Shown: one piece after another, positions 28,185-37,051 of the stretch
Layout: every line of letters begins with the position of its first letter
Position numbering within the stretch: position 1 is the first letter of the stretch
Source of the DNA: a virus
DNA: 64,000 bases
Reading direction: 5' to 3' (one strand)
Virus record (IMG/VR): IMGVR_UViG_3300046512_000168
Location: 18,194 to 82,193 of that record
Notes under the pieces: model-generated
Seen by the model: only the letters and a program-made list of their open reading frames with translations
What the model was told of the DNA's origin: nothing
Databases searched by the model: none
Program-made: the position numbers and the translations under genes

Positions 28185-28964
28185 TTGTCGGCTACAGTTA
28201 TTGCCGACCGAAGCGAGGACCAAATGGAGCGGAAGCGCCAGAAACCCCGCCGCAAGGCATCCCAGGAAGACCATTTCGAGGCTGCTGCCCTCGACGCGCA
28301 AGCCCGCCAGCAGCCCAGGCCGAAGAAGAACGGCGTCAAACCCTTCCGTCCACTCACCGAAGCCCAGGCTGATTACTCCGACGCGATCGACTTCGCGACA
28401 TATACTTTCGGTGTCGGCCCGGCCGGTACGGGCAAGACCTATGTCGCCGCCTGCAAGGCCTGCGATCATCTCAAATCATCCGATCAGGCTCGTGTCATCC
28501 TGACCCGCCCAGTCATAGAAGCGGCCGGCGAAAAGCTCGGCTTCCTGCCAGGGACGCTTGCGGAGAAGTTCGGGCCATACCTGAAGCCCTTCATGCGCAT
28601 CCTCATCGATCGCCTGGGTGAGAGCTTCGTCGAGACGCTGGTGCGCTACGAGCGTTTGCAGATGATCCCGCTGGCCTTCATGCGCGGTGAGAGCTACGCG
28701 GATACGCTGATCATCGCCGACGAGGCGCAGAATATGACGCCGCTGATGTTCAAACTCCTGCTCACGCGCATAGGCGAGGGGAGCCGCATGGTGATCGACG
28801 GCGACCCGACCCAGGTCGACCCCGGCGTGCAGAGCGGTCTGGAGGATGCGATCTATCGGCTGCGCTTGCGCAACGTCAAGAATGTCGAGGTGGTGCGCTT
28901 CACTAAAGCCGACATCGTCCGTCACGACATTATCCAGCACGTGCTCGAAGCCTACGAGGTGTAA
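28185..28964 (+). CDS. phoH: PhoH-family ATPase
   Basis: GPAGTGKT, LTRP, LGFLPG, FMRG, DEAQN, GDPTQ, DIVRH; start could be ATG 28224. Confidence 0.95.
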   Translation: MSATVIADRSEDQMERKRQKPRRKASQEDHFEAAALDAQARQQPRPKKNGVKPFRPLTEAQADYSDAIDFATYTFGVGPAGTGKTYVAACKACDHLKSSDQARVILTRPVIEAAGEKLGFLPGTLAEKFGPYLKPFMRILIDRLGESFVETLVRYERLQMIPLAFMRGESYADTLIIADEAQNMTPLMFKLLLTRIGEGSRMVIDGDPTQVDPGVQSGLEDAIYRLRLRNVKNVEVVRFTKADIVRHDIIQHVLEAYEV

Positions 28965-28965
28965 A

Positions 28966-29268
28966 ATGGACATGCTCAAGGAAGTCTTCGTCATCGTCGT
29001 GTTCATCCTCGGCTATTATTTCGGCAACCACAACGCCACCAACATCAACGCCGTGCACGAGCTGTTCCGCAAACGGGAAGACCATGCCCGCCGCAACGCG
29101 CTCAAGACGTTCAACGAGGGGCGATACGCCGGCATCTCCCACGGGCAGAGTGCCCTGAACGGATATCAGGCTGGGCAGAGCAGCGTATTAGACGGGGGAG
29201 GCGGCATGGACGAAGACTACGACGGGTCCGCGCCTCTGCCGGACGACGATCCCCCCACCAAGCACTGA
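28966..29268 (+). CDS. membrane-anchored hypothetical protein
   Basis: N-terminal hydrophobic stretch; GAGG RBS. Confidence 0.65.
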   Translation: MDMLKEVFVIVVFILGYYFGNHNATNINAVHELFRKREDHARRNALKTFNEGRYAGISHGQSALNGYQAGQSSVLDGGGGMDEDYDGSAPLPDDDPPTKH

Positions 29269-29272
29269 CCGG

Positions 29273-29297
29273 CGGCCCTTCGGGGCCGTTTTCTTTT
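29273..29297 (+). terminator. Rho-independent terminator
   Basis: CGGCCC-TTCG-GGGCCG-TTTTCTTTT. Confidence 0.8.
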
Positions 29298-29321
29298 GCA
29301 ACGGGTTGCAACGGAAAGTTA

Positions 29322-29350
29322 TTGACAAACACTTAGATATGTAGGATAAC
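29322..29350 (+). promoter_or_regulatory. Early promoter P10
   Basis: TTGACA-N17-GATAAC; box A at 29296. Confidence 0.85.
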
Positions 29351-29394
29351 AAATATAGAAGTTTAGGCAGCGCCTTGAAGGAGACCACTGAATT

Positions 29395-29871
29395 ATGCGC
29401 TTCGTTCTCACCGGCCGGTGCACCGTCCAGGGCTCGTTTATCGAGCGGGACGGACTTACCCAGAACCTTTCTGACATCGGCGATCGCGTCGTCGACAGCT
29501 TCAACCAGGGCGCCGACGTCCTGGTAGCCTCCCGCACCGATACGCAGAAAGCCGTGCAGGCCCGTGCGCTCGGCAAGCCAGTCTGGACTTATGATCAGCT
29601 CTTTCGGTACTGGAGCCTGCGCAAGGACGGGCAGGGCGAGATCGCCGCACGCGAGGCCATCAGGGGCTCAGTTCTGCCCCGTGAGCCGGTCGCCGCACGG
29701 GTGCCCGTGACGCCGCAGGGCCGGTACGCGATGACCGCCAGGGAGGCTATCCGCGCCCGCTTAGAGCAGAACGCACGCGAGCTCCGCGCTGCGCAAGAGG
29801 CACCCAAGACGGTTGCGCCGCACCCCAGCGCTCACCCGCTGTCAAACGGCCGGAGGGCCATCGACCTGTGA
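29395..29871 (+). CDS. BRCT-like domain protein, C-terminal RRAIDL tag
   Basis: FVLTG...R...GDRVVDS...DVLVA...KAVQARALGKPVWTYDQL resembles the LigA C-terminal BRCT domain. Confidence 0.65.
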   Translation: MRFVLTGRCTVQGSFIERDGLTQNLSDIGDRVVDSFNQGADVLVASRTDTQKAVQARALGKPVWTYDQLFRYWSLRKDGQGEIAAREAIRGSVLPREPVAARVPVTPQGRYAMTAREAIRARLEQNARELRAAQEAPKTVAPHPSAHPLSNGRRAIDL

Positions 29872-30176
29872 AGACGCGCCTGCAGGTCGAGACGGAGAGG
29901 GACCTTCACTCCGACACGCACGATTTCGTCATCCGTGTGAAGATGCCGCGATCGGCGCTGGAAGCACTGACGTCTTTTGAGCGGCAGATGATCGTGCAGG
30001 TCATCAAGAGCACGCGCAGCACCAATGCAGCCATCCTGGCCTATATCGCGGACTTCATCGCGCGGCTGGACGGGGAGGGTGAGGAGGCACCATATACGGG
30101 AGGCCGCATCCTGGTCGACGAAACGTTGGTCGGGGGCAGGGCTCTCGATCTCGGGGACGAAAAAGAAAAGCTTTGA
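29868..30176 (+). CDS. hypothetical protein, near-C-terminal GRALDL tag
   Basis: GTGA overlap. Confidence 0.65.
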   Translation: MKTRLQVETERDLHSDTHDFVIRVKMPRSALEALTSFERQMIVQVIKSTRSTNAAILAYIADFIARLDGEGEEAPYTGGRILVDETLVGGRALDLGDEKEKL

Positions 30177-30201
30177 CAAACACTTAGACATATGCAAGTA
30201 T
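30173..30201 (+). promoter_or_regulatory. Early promoter P11
   Basis: TTGACAAACACTTAGACATATGC; -35 overlaps the upstream stop codon. Confidence 0.75.
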
Positions 30202-30231
30202 GATGTGCATATGAAGAACAGGAGCCACATT

Positions 30232-30435
30232 ATGGCACTTATGATTGGATCGCTCTACGACGCGCTGAAGGCAGCGGGAGCATCGGACGAAGCCGCCCGC
30301 AAGGCCGCCGAGGAAGTCGCAACCTATGACGGCAAGGTCCAGAAGACCGAGGGCGACCTGACGTTGCTCAAGTGGATGGTCGGCACGAATATCGCACTCA
30401 CCATCGCCATTCTGTTCAAGGTGTTTTCGCCATGA
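30232..30435 (+). CDS. small coiled-coil protein with C-terminal TM helix (CCDC90/DUF1640-like)
   Basis: LYDALKAAGASDEAARKAAE...LLKWMVGTNIALTIAILFK. Confidence 0.7.
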   Translation: MALMIGSLYDALKAAGASDEAARKAAEEVATYDGKVQKTEGDLTLLKWMVGTNIALTIAILFKVFSP

Positions 30436-30713
30436 GCCATCTGGGCCAGGAAGCAGCGGCAACATCGCCGGAGATCGTAGAGCGAAAGCTCTGTATCGTG
30501 ACCTACACATTCGGGGCCAACGGTCCCTGGAATTACTTTTTCGAGCAGCCGCCGGAAGGTGTCAAATTCGTCCACATGGTCGGCGTGTATGTCGGTGAGA
30601 CCGAACGGCATCACCTCGTTACGAGCGACTTTTGCTCGCTGGCGGACGGTAAAGTTATGTCCATACACCCAAAGCACTTCGACAAAGGTTCAGTGACTAT
30701 CGAATTCCTATAG
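30432..30713 (+). CDS. hypothetical protein
   Basis: ATGA overlap. Confidence 0.6.
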   Translation: MSHLGQEAAATSPEIVERKLCIVTYTFGANGPWNYFFEQPPEGVKFVHMVGVYVGETERHHLVTSDFCSLADGKVMSIHPKHFDKGSVTIEFL

Positions 30714-30722
30714 GAGGTTGCC

Positions 30723-31694
30723 ATGGGGCGGCAGTACAGAGATCGGCGGGACACCGCCAAGAACAGCGTCGCGGAGTGGTGCGGAAAGCATGTGGTGCGC
30801 GAGGAGCCGGTGCGCTCTTTCCGCTTCCACGACGTCAAGGTCAAGGCGTCCTACGACAAAGGTAGGAGCGACCTGCGGCCCGGCTTCATCGTCTATTCGC
30901 CAAAGGAAGGGGCTGGCTTTAGCTACACCTCCTTTTACGCGTTCACGCTGACCTGGACGCCAGGCCACATGACCATCGTCGGAGACCTCGGCGAGCTGAC
31001 CATTGTCCACTACCACGCCATGCCGACCTTCGAGGAGGCGTGCAACTGGTTGCAAACCTCGGACTACGACTATCTGCTCGGCAAGGCCAATGTGCAGCGC
31101 GAGTTTGTGCGCGACGACACAATCGAAGACATCTGGCGCGTGATCTCCGAAGAGGCGCTGCAGGCTATCGAGGAAATCAATAAGGAAGTCGCCGGCTGGG
31201 AGAAGGACAAGCCCAAATGGAACAAGCGCGCTGGCATGACGAAAGCCGAGTTTGACGACGAGATGGGTTATTGGGAGCGCAGCAGCCCGCGCAACGACTA
31301 CCGCTTCGAAAGCGTCGATGCGCCCAGGGACCTCAATCGCAATCTGTGGCGCCAGCACGAGGTCGATGGCTGGCGGGTGCCGGATGGTTTTTACTGGGCC
31401 TTCCGCGCCTGGAAGGACCTGCGCCATAGCTTTCATTTCAACGGCACGGATGATCCGGGCGTGCTGATGACGGCCGACGGCATGGCAAGGTTGCGCCGAG
31501 CGCTCGACGAACGCCTGGACGATCAGCTCGAAGACGAAATCGTTGGCTGGGTCTACCGCGATCTCGGCTACGATGATTATTCCCCCTGCCGTGAGTACCC
31601 GCAGCAGGCCTTCTTCCAGATCGCCGCGATGCAGCACGGCATCAATATGCTTCTTGCCCAGCAGCCACAAAAGAAGGAAAAATCAGCCGCGTAG
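30723..31694 (+). CDS. hypothetical protein
   Basis: AGGAGG RBS; 323 aa. Confidence 0.8.
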   Translation: MGRQYRDRRDTAKNSVAEWCGKHVVREEPVRSFRFHDVKVKASYDKGRSDLRPGFIVYSPKEGAGFSYTSFYAFTLTWTPGHMTIVGDLGELTIVHYHAMPTFEEACNWLQTSDYDYLLGKANVQREFVRDDTIEDIWRVISEEALQAIEEINKEVAGWEKDKPKWNKRAGMTKAEFDDEMGYWERSSPRNDYRFESVDAPRDLNRNLWRQHEVDGWRVPDGFYWAFRAWKDLRHSFHFNGTDDPGVLMTADGMARLRRALDERLDDQLEDEIVGWVYRDLGYDDYSPCREYPQQAFFQIAAMQHGINMLLAQQPQKKEKSAA

Positions 31695-31767
31695 CTTCAC
31701 GGCATCCGGTCCCACGACCGGATATCGGGCAGTTGCCCAGGTTAACCTCCCAAGGAAGGAATGAAAC

Positions 31768-32019
31768 ATGATCCGCAAGTTCTATGCTATCTGCGCCCTC
31801 TTCGCATCCATCGCGGTTATCTCCGCGTTGTCCGTCGCTACGCCTGCATTTGCAGCCGGCGCTGGCACCTGCGAGAAGCCGATGAACGGCACCGAAGTCC
31901 AAAAGGGGCAGTGCAAGTTCTATCTGTCCCGCAACGAAGACACCCAGCAGAAGGCCCAGTTCGACAATAAGAGACAGCGCGAAGCCGCCAAGGCGGCCTC
32001 TCGTCCGGCACGGAAATAA
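31768..32019 (+). CDS. small exported protein
   Basis: Sec-type signal peptide ending ATPAFA; two Cys. Confidence 0.7.
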   Translation: MIRKFYAICALFASIAVISALSVATPAFAAGAGTCEKPMNGTEVQKGQCKFYLSRNEDTQQKAQFDNKRQREAAKAASRPARK

Positions 32020-32100
32020 CACGGAGCTTTCCGGTTTCCTGCCCTTCAGTGGGGCAGGTTTCCCGAACGTTTCAAGCAGCTAATGAAAGGACAAGGCAGC

Positions 32101-32706
32101 ATGAGATCAGACAGTAGATCACGTATAGCCCTGATGGGCAGCGGCGCAGCGCTCGCCATCGCTATGATGGCCCCTATGCGCGCGGTCAGCGAGAGCATCA
32201 TCACTGAGACAGAGGAAGTGCCGCGCGTGCGCACCGTCTCGCACCCGTACGACGAGGTCAAGGACGACGCCGATATGCGGGAATGGGCCACGAAGGTTGG
32301 CGCGCTGACAGAGGCGCAGGCGCATATCTTCCGCGCCTTCAGGCAGGCCGGCGTCGGCCGTCAGGAGGCCTATGACCAGGCCCTGCAGATCGACCCGGCG
32401 CTGTCTCTGGACGACCTCCAGGCCACGGCCAAGCAGAACCTCATGGAGCGCGCGCCGCGCTATGCCGCAGCCGAGGCGAAGCGCCAGCGCAAGGCCGCCA
32501 AGCTTGCCCGCCAGGCCGCCGGCAATGAGCTGACCGACATCCTTGCTAAGGCGCAGCCTCTGTTCGGCCTCGAAGCGCAGGGGCACATCCCAACGATCGA
32601 GAAGATGCTTGCCGACGGCAAGACCTGGGCGGAGATCGGCGAAGCCATCCACTGGGACGGAGACACCGCTTGGGGATACTATGAGCGATATAAGGCGAGG
32701 GGCTGA
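32101..32706 (+). CDS. hypothetical protein with possible C-terminal HTH
   Basis: MLADGKTWAEIGEAIHW. Confidence 0.65.
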   Translation: MRSDSRSRIALMGSGAALAIAMMAPMRAVSESIITETEEVPRVRTVSHPYDEVKDDADMREWATKVGALTEAQAHIFRAFRQAGVGRQEAYDQALQIDPALSLDDLQATAKQNLMERAPRYAAAEAKRQRKAAKLARQAAGNELTDILAKAQPLFGLEAQGHIPTIEKMLADGKTWAEIGEAIHWDGDTAWGYYERYKARG

Positions 32707-33401
32707 TGGGAATTCGTATTAGACGCGCCATGGGCTGGGGTATGGAGTGGAATGCCTTTGAGGAGGCAACCACTCTCGACTGCCAGACGCACGAGACCTG
32801 GGATGCCGTCGACGAGGCCATGTGCAAGGCGACCGACGCCGACCTGACGATGACCATGAAGGAGCGAAAGGAGAGCTGGAATACGCGTGGTATCACCGTC
32901 GTCCACGATAATCGTCTGCTGGCGCTCGACATGACATTCGACGACGAAAAGCCTTCTATGGCAGACGGTTACCGTCACCGTGTCGAGCCGAAGCTTGCCG
33001 TGGCTGACGATCTCTGGACGACAGTCTGGAACGGCGACGACATCACGCACGTCATTTTCTGGCCGAACGCGCGGACGGCAAAGAAATGGTTCCGTCGCGA
33101 CGACGATCTCGACTACGCCTTCGAGGCGCAGCGCGACGGGTATGGAGGCGACCCTGCGGCGCGCGATTTCGTCCAGTTCATGAAATTCAATCCGTATCCA
33201 TACTCGAACTACATCATGGAGCCGGATAGCGGAAATCCGCTGGAATGGGTGGCCTTCTTCGAGCTCGATCGCGAATACGAGAAGACGGGTTGGGCACCGG
33301 CTCCGGCAACGGAGCTGCGCTGGTGGCTGCCGAAGCTCAGCATCCTTGATCTGGCTGGCGTCAACAAACTGCGCCCAATGATCGCGCAGTGGTGGTCCTG
33401 A
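32706..33401 (+). CDS. hypothetical protein
   Basis: GAGG RBS, TGATG coupling. Confidence 0.75.
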   Translation: MGIRIRRAMGWGMEWNAFEEATTLDCQTHETWDAVDEAMCKATDADLTMTMKERKESWNTRGITVVHDNRLLALDMTFDDEKPSMADGYRHRVEPKLAVADDLWTTVWNGDDITHVIFWPNARTAKKWFRRDDDLDYAFEAQRDGYGGDPAARDFVQFMKFNPYPYSNYIMEPDSGNPLEWVAFFELDREYEKTGWAPAPATELRWWLPKLSILDLAGVNKLRPMIAQWWS

Positions 33402-33589
33402 TGAAGAAGTTCGGCTTCAAACTCAGCATCGACGCCCGCGTGTTCGTCGAAGCACCTGACGCAGAGACGGCTCGCGCCTGGCTGCAGGAAGAGCTGACGG
33501 CAGCGGTCGTGCAGACCCCGACGGAGCTGCCGAACCGCAAGAGGATCACGCTCGAAGTCGCGCTGCAGGGTGCGATAGGGAGGCTGTGA
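33401..33589 (+). CDS. hypothetical protein
   Basis: TGATG coupling. Confidence 0.6.
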   Translation: MKKFGFKLSIDARVFVEAPDAETARAWLQEELTAAVVQTPTELPNRKRITLEVALQGAIGRL

Positions 33590-33707
33590 TGCAGAACCAG
33601 ATCATCAGAGCCCTCATCAATGGCCTGGCTTGGAACGTCACACGACGTTTGCCCGTATGGGTTTGCGTTGCTATCCTGGCGGCGCTTTATATTTTCGGAG
33701 GACACAA

Positions 33708-34124
33708 ATGAACTACGATTATACCTCAAAGCGCGACATGAGTGCGCTCGCGGACGAAATCCGTAACACGCCGAAGCTCCGCCGTTCGGTCTTCTATGCG
33801 GCCATCCTCGGCAACCAGATCATGCGCACGCGCTGGTCGCTACACGTGTCGGCATGGATCATCCGCAAGGCGCGCGGCTTGTCGAGAGCCGAGGCATGGT
33901 ACCTCCTCCTGCAGAAGCTGCGAGACTTTGACCCCGACATGATGGCCGGCGCTATCACCGATCTCGCAGATCACGTGGAGAACGGCCACGACAAGGTCGA
34001 CCCGAAATCGGCGGCCGGTCTCAACGGCCCGGAGCTGACCATCGTGTTGCACGCCATGAGCGTCTGTGGCTGGCGTGATCCGCGCGCTGAAATGAACCCT
34101 GTTGCAAACTTGAAGGAGGCATAA
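33708..34124 (+). CDS. hypothetical protein
   Basis: GGAGG RBS. Confidence 0.7.
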   Translation: MNYDYTSKRDMSALADEIRNTPKLRRSVFYAAILGNQIMRTRWSLHVSAWIIRKARGLSRAEAWYLLLQKLRDFDPDMMAGAITDLADHVENGHDKVDPKSAAGLNGPELTIVLHAMSVCGWRDPRAEMNPVANLKEA

Positions 34125-34125
34125 G

Positions 34126-34392
34126 ATGAAGACCATCCCGCAAATCCGCGCCCGCATGCATGAACTGGCCGACATCCTAAAGTGCAAGGAGCTGCACGAG
34201 CTGGCCGACGCCACCAAGCGCCGCAAGCCGGTGCGTAGGGCTCCGCCTGTCCATGCCGTCGTCACGACCAAGCTCGCTCAGGAAGTCCGAGACTATGCCG
34301 CTCGCTACCCGTCGGCACACCTGTCCGAGATCGGCTTGAAGTTCGACCTCAATCAAGGCAGGGTTTCAGAAATCTTGGCTGGAAAGCGTTAG
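34126..34392 (+). CDS. helix-turn-helix protein
   Basis: AHLSEIGLKFDLNQGRVSEILAGKR. Confidence 0.7.
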   Translation: MKTIPQIRARMHELADILKCKELHELADATKRRKPVRRAPPVHAVVTTKLAQEVRDYAARYPSAHLSEIGLKFDLNQGRVSEILAGKR

Positions 34393-34450
34393 CCTACAAC
34401 TGTTAGTTGTTCCATAACGTATGTTATGCGCTCTTTACGAGCGCACTGAA

Positions 34451-34474
34451 GGGGCCGGGGTGACCGGCTCTTTT
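34451..34474 (+). terminator. Rho-independent terminator
   Basis: GGGCCGG-GGTGA-CCGGCTC-TTTT. Confidence 0.7.
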
Positions 34475-34543
34475 CGAGCTGTTTGGGGAGAAGCCGAACC
34501 ATAGCACGATCGCAGCGGATTGCAACCCGTTGCGTTTTATTAG

Positions 34544-34572
34544 TTGACAAACACTCATACATATGACAGTAT
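34544..34572 (+). promoter_or_regulatory. Early promoter P12
   Basis: TTGACAAACACTCATACATATGA; box A at 34520. Confidence 0.8.
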
Positions 34573-34596
34573 GAAACATAGGAAAAGGAGGCGGGA

Positions 34597-34902
34597 ATGA
34601 ACCTTTACAACGCAGACATACTGATCAAGGCAACGGTCTACGTGAAGGCCGAGAGCGAGGAAGAGGCGCAAGAAAAGGTCCTCAAGCTCAATGGGCTCTG
34701 CCTGGAGCTGTCCGAGGACGAGCACGCCGAGCTGCCGATCACCGGCATGACCTACAACAACCCCGATCTGCCAGACATCAGCCTCTCACCGGCCGTGACG
34801 GTCGGTTACGCGGACCCTATCCAGGTGGTCGAGGAAGATATCGACGCTGACCCGGAGGATCGCACCCTCCCCGGCGACGACAATGAGCCGGAGGACGCTT
34901 GA
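34597..34902 (+). CDS. acidic hypothetical protein
   Basis: AAGGAGG RBS; VYVKAESEEEA. Confidence 0.75.
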   Translation: MNLYNADILIKATVYVKAESEEEAQEKVLKLNGLCLELSEDEHAELPITGMTYNNPDLPDISLSPAVTVGYADPIQVVEEDIDADPEDRTLPGDDNEPEDA

Positions 34903-35171
34903 TGCGCGAATATACCTTTGACCTGACACTGAAAGCAGCCGTCACCGTGAAGGCGGAGAACGCCGACCAGGCGCTGGCGATGGTGCAGACCGTGTTCGAA
35001 TGTGCCGACTGCAACGGCGGTGCCTGGCCGAATGGCGAGCCCGTCTTATTCGAGGCGTCCCTCGATCAGCGGCCAGACATCGGCATGATCGACGGCGAAG
35101 ACGCCAGCATCCAGACCTTACGCGAGTGGGACGAGTTGCGCGAAGAGGAACAAGGCAGGATTGGTGACTGA
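34899..35171 (+). CDS. hypothetical protein
   Basis: VTVKAENADQA, similar to the upstream gene. Confidence 0.7.
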   Translation: MMREYTFDLTLKAAVTVKAENADQALAMVQTVFECADCNGGAWPNGEPVLFEASLDQRPDIGMIDGEDASIQTLREWDELREEEQGRIGD

Positions 35172-35560
35172 TGGACAACCTAATCGTTCGAAAGCGTGTG
35201 CTAATGAACAACGAGAACGTGCCACCTCCGAAACCGGAACAAGACTGGTACATGCGCTGGCCGAACGGATCGGAAGTCTACGCGGCCGGCGGCACGGGGC
35301 AGATCGAGCAGCAGCTCGGATGGGTTATCCGACGCGGAGCCGAGCACCTGGCTTTCCAGCGCACGGGCCCAGGTGAGGACGACATAAAATTCGCCGGCAG
35401 TGCGCCGGATGCGTCCTCGGCTATAGTCAAGCTGGGCGGCAAACTCTGGACTATCGGCTACAAGCCGCCTAGTCCCGCGCCCGCAAAGTCCCCTTCCCAG
35501 ACAGCATCTTCCGAACATCTGCCGGCGATAAGGAAAAGAGTTCGCCAGCCTTCTCAATAG
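35171..35560 (+). CDS. hypothetical protein, C-terminal IRKRVR
   Basis: TGATG coupling. Confidence 0.65.
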   Translation: MDNLIVRKRVLMNNENVPPPKPEQDWYMRWPNGSEVYAAGGTGQIEQQLGWVIRRGAEHLAFQRTGPGEDDIKFAGSAPDASSAIVKLGGKLWTIGYKPPSPAPAKSPSQTASSEHLPAIRKRVRQPSQ

Positions 35561-35849
35561 ACATGCCGTATTCAACGTATGTCTTCATCTTCTGGTACTC
35601 GGACGCGGTCATCAGGGGGCCGATTTCATCTATGAAAGTCTCGGCGATCTTTTCCTTTACCGCGCCCAGATGTTCGTCTGGGTTGTTGAAGCCCATGCGC
35701 TCGAAGGCGCTGCGCAACACCCGGTCAAGCATCATCGGCCGCTTGTATCCCAGAGGCACGATGGTCGAAGATAGCGCGCCAGCGAGGCGCTGCACGAGTC
35801 TCGGTTTTTCGGTCATCACCATACTGTTCATCTTGTTTTCTTCCTTCAA
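35469..35849 (-). CDS. helix-turn-helix protein (only credible minus-strand gene)
   Basis: C-terminal GMSIEKAGELFSLSPADVRKMLSG; fills an otherwise empty + strand gap; true start may be ATG at 35831. Confidence 0.65.
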   Translation of the reverse strand: MKEENKMNSMVMTEKPRLVQRLAGALSSTIVPLGYKRPMMLDRVLRSAFERMGFNNPDEHLGAVKEKIAETFIDEIGPLMTASEYQKMKTYVEYGMSIEKAGELFSLSPADVRKMLSGKGTLRARD

Positions 35850-35960
35850 TACAGTCCGATTTACTGTTCGTCCACTCTAAAGCGCCCACGGTTAACAGTT
35901 TGATAACGCTAGATTTTACAGATGTAGGGGACAATTCCAGTGCAACGCGTTGCAGTATAT

Positions 35961-35989
35961 TTGACAAACACTTTAATATATGGGATAGT
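35961..35989 (+). promoter_or_regulatory. Early promoter P13
   Basis: TTGACA-N17-GATAGT; box A at 35940. Confidence 0.85.
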
Positions 35990-36013
35990 GATCTTATCAA
36001 AGGAGGGCTACAT

Positions 36014-36220
36014 ATGCTAAGCATCACTAGCAGGGCAACCAAGAGAGACGTGCTTCTCGAAATAGATAAGGATTACAGTCGTCGCGGCTGCAGCTACGTG
36101 GTCTTCGCCAACGGCATTCCCGTCGACGGCGCGGCCACGATCATCAAGGCCAAGCGCGCCGCTAATGCTTTCGTCGGGGAACACGTGTTCGATCTCAAAG
36201 AGGCCCGCGTCCACGCATAA
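36014..36220 (+). CDS. hypothetical protein
   Basis: AAGGAGG RBS. Confidence 0.7.
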   Translation: MLSITSRATKRDVLLEIDKDYSRRGCSYVVFANGIPVDGAATIIKAKRAANAFVGEHVFDLKEARVHA

Positions 36221-36255
36221 AATTGAAACCCGTTGCAACAGAAAGGTAACAACCA

Positions 36256-36729
36256 ATGACCACCATCTCCCCTGCCCCGCCCAGCAAATGGGCACTCTTT
36301 CGCCACTCGGTGGTCGCGGGGTTCAGGCGCGCCTCGGCCTGGCTCTGGCGGGGCTTTAAAGATTTGTGGGAATTTTTCGCACCCTACGCGCTAGTCCTCG
36401 GCGCCATTCTTCTTTTCGCCCTGCTCTCGCATCTCGACGATCCGGAGCTGAAGACGCCGCTCAGCATCGTCCGCGTTGTCGTCATAATGACCGGGCTCTG
36501 GGGTGTGGACCTGGCCGCCAAGCGGGCGCAGGCAAAAGCCAATGCCAATTACGCCGATAAGCTCTTCGACTTCGTCATCGAAGATCGGGACGCCTCGATC
36601 AGCGTGGTCACCACCACGTCGCCGGAACTGCTGGCGCTCAAGGACGCCATCCCTGGCTTTCTGGCAGGCCACGCAGCGCTGCAGAAGGAAGTCATAGAGC
36701 TGCGGGCGAAGGTCAAAGCAGATGAGTAA
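36256..36729 (+). CDS. membrane protein
   Basis: Two TM segments. Confidence 0.7.
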   Translation: MTTISPAPPSKWALFRHSVVAGFRRASAWLWRGFKDLWEFFAPYALVLGAILLFALLSHLDDPELKTPLSIVRVVVIMTGLWGVDLAAKRAQAKANANYADKLFDFVIEDRDASISVVTTTSPELLALKDAIPGFLAGHAALQKEVIELRAKVKADE

Positions 36730-37051
36730 CGAGCGCGCTATCCAGATCGAGGAGCGGCGCGTAGAGGCCCTGGCCGCTAAATACGCCCCGCCCAAATCCC
36801 CCGAATACGAAACGTCGACGCCTCGCCTGAAGAAGTTCGGTGGCGACATGCTGAATATCTCCTACCCGGAGATGGTGCAGCTCTCCGAAACGCTTGCGTT
36901 TCATCTGCACGCCGTTGCCGGTGTCACCGTCGGCCCCCACGACCTGGCCTCGGCCTTCTTCAAGACCGTCGAGACTATGAACTCCCTTCCAACTGAGAAG
37001 CCTGCCGAGAACACCTCTTCGGACAGGCGTAGCAAAGGAAATACCTGGTGA
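36722..37051 (+). CDS. hypothetical protein (N-terminal ERAIQI)
   Basis: ORF track. Confidence 0.7.
   Translation: MSNERAIQIEERRVEALAAKYAPPKSPEYETSTPRLKKFGGDMLNISYPEMVQLSETLAFHLHAVAGVTVGPHDLASAFFKTVETMNSLPTEKPAENTSSDRRSKGNTW

Noticed and set aside
30232-30435. Integrase-like call for the small LYDAL...KWMVG protein
   Set aside because: 67 aa with a TM helix and no recombinase catalytic residues; no evidence of a lysogeny module in the window.
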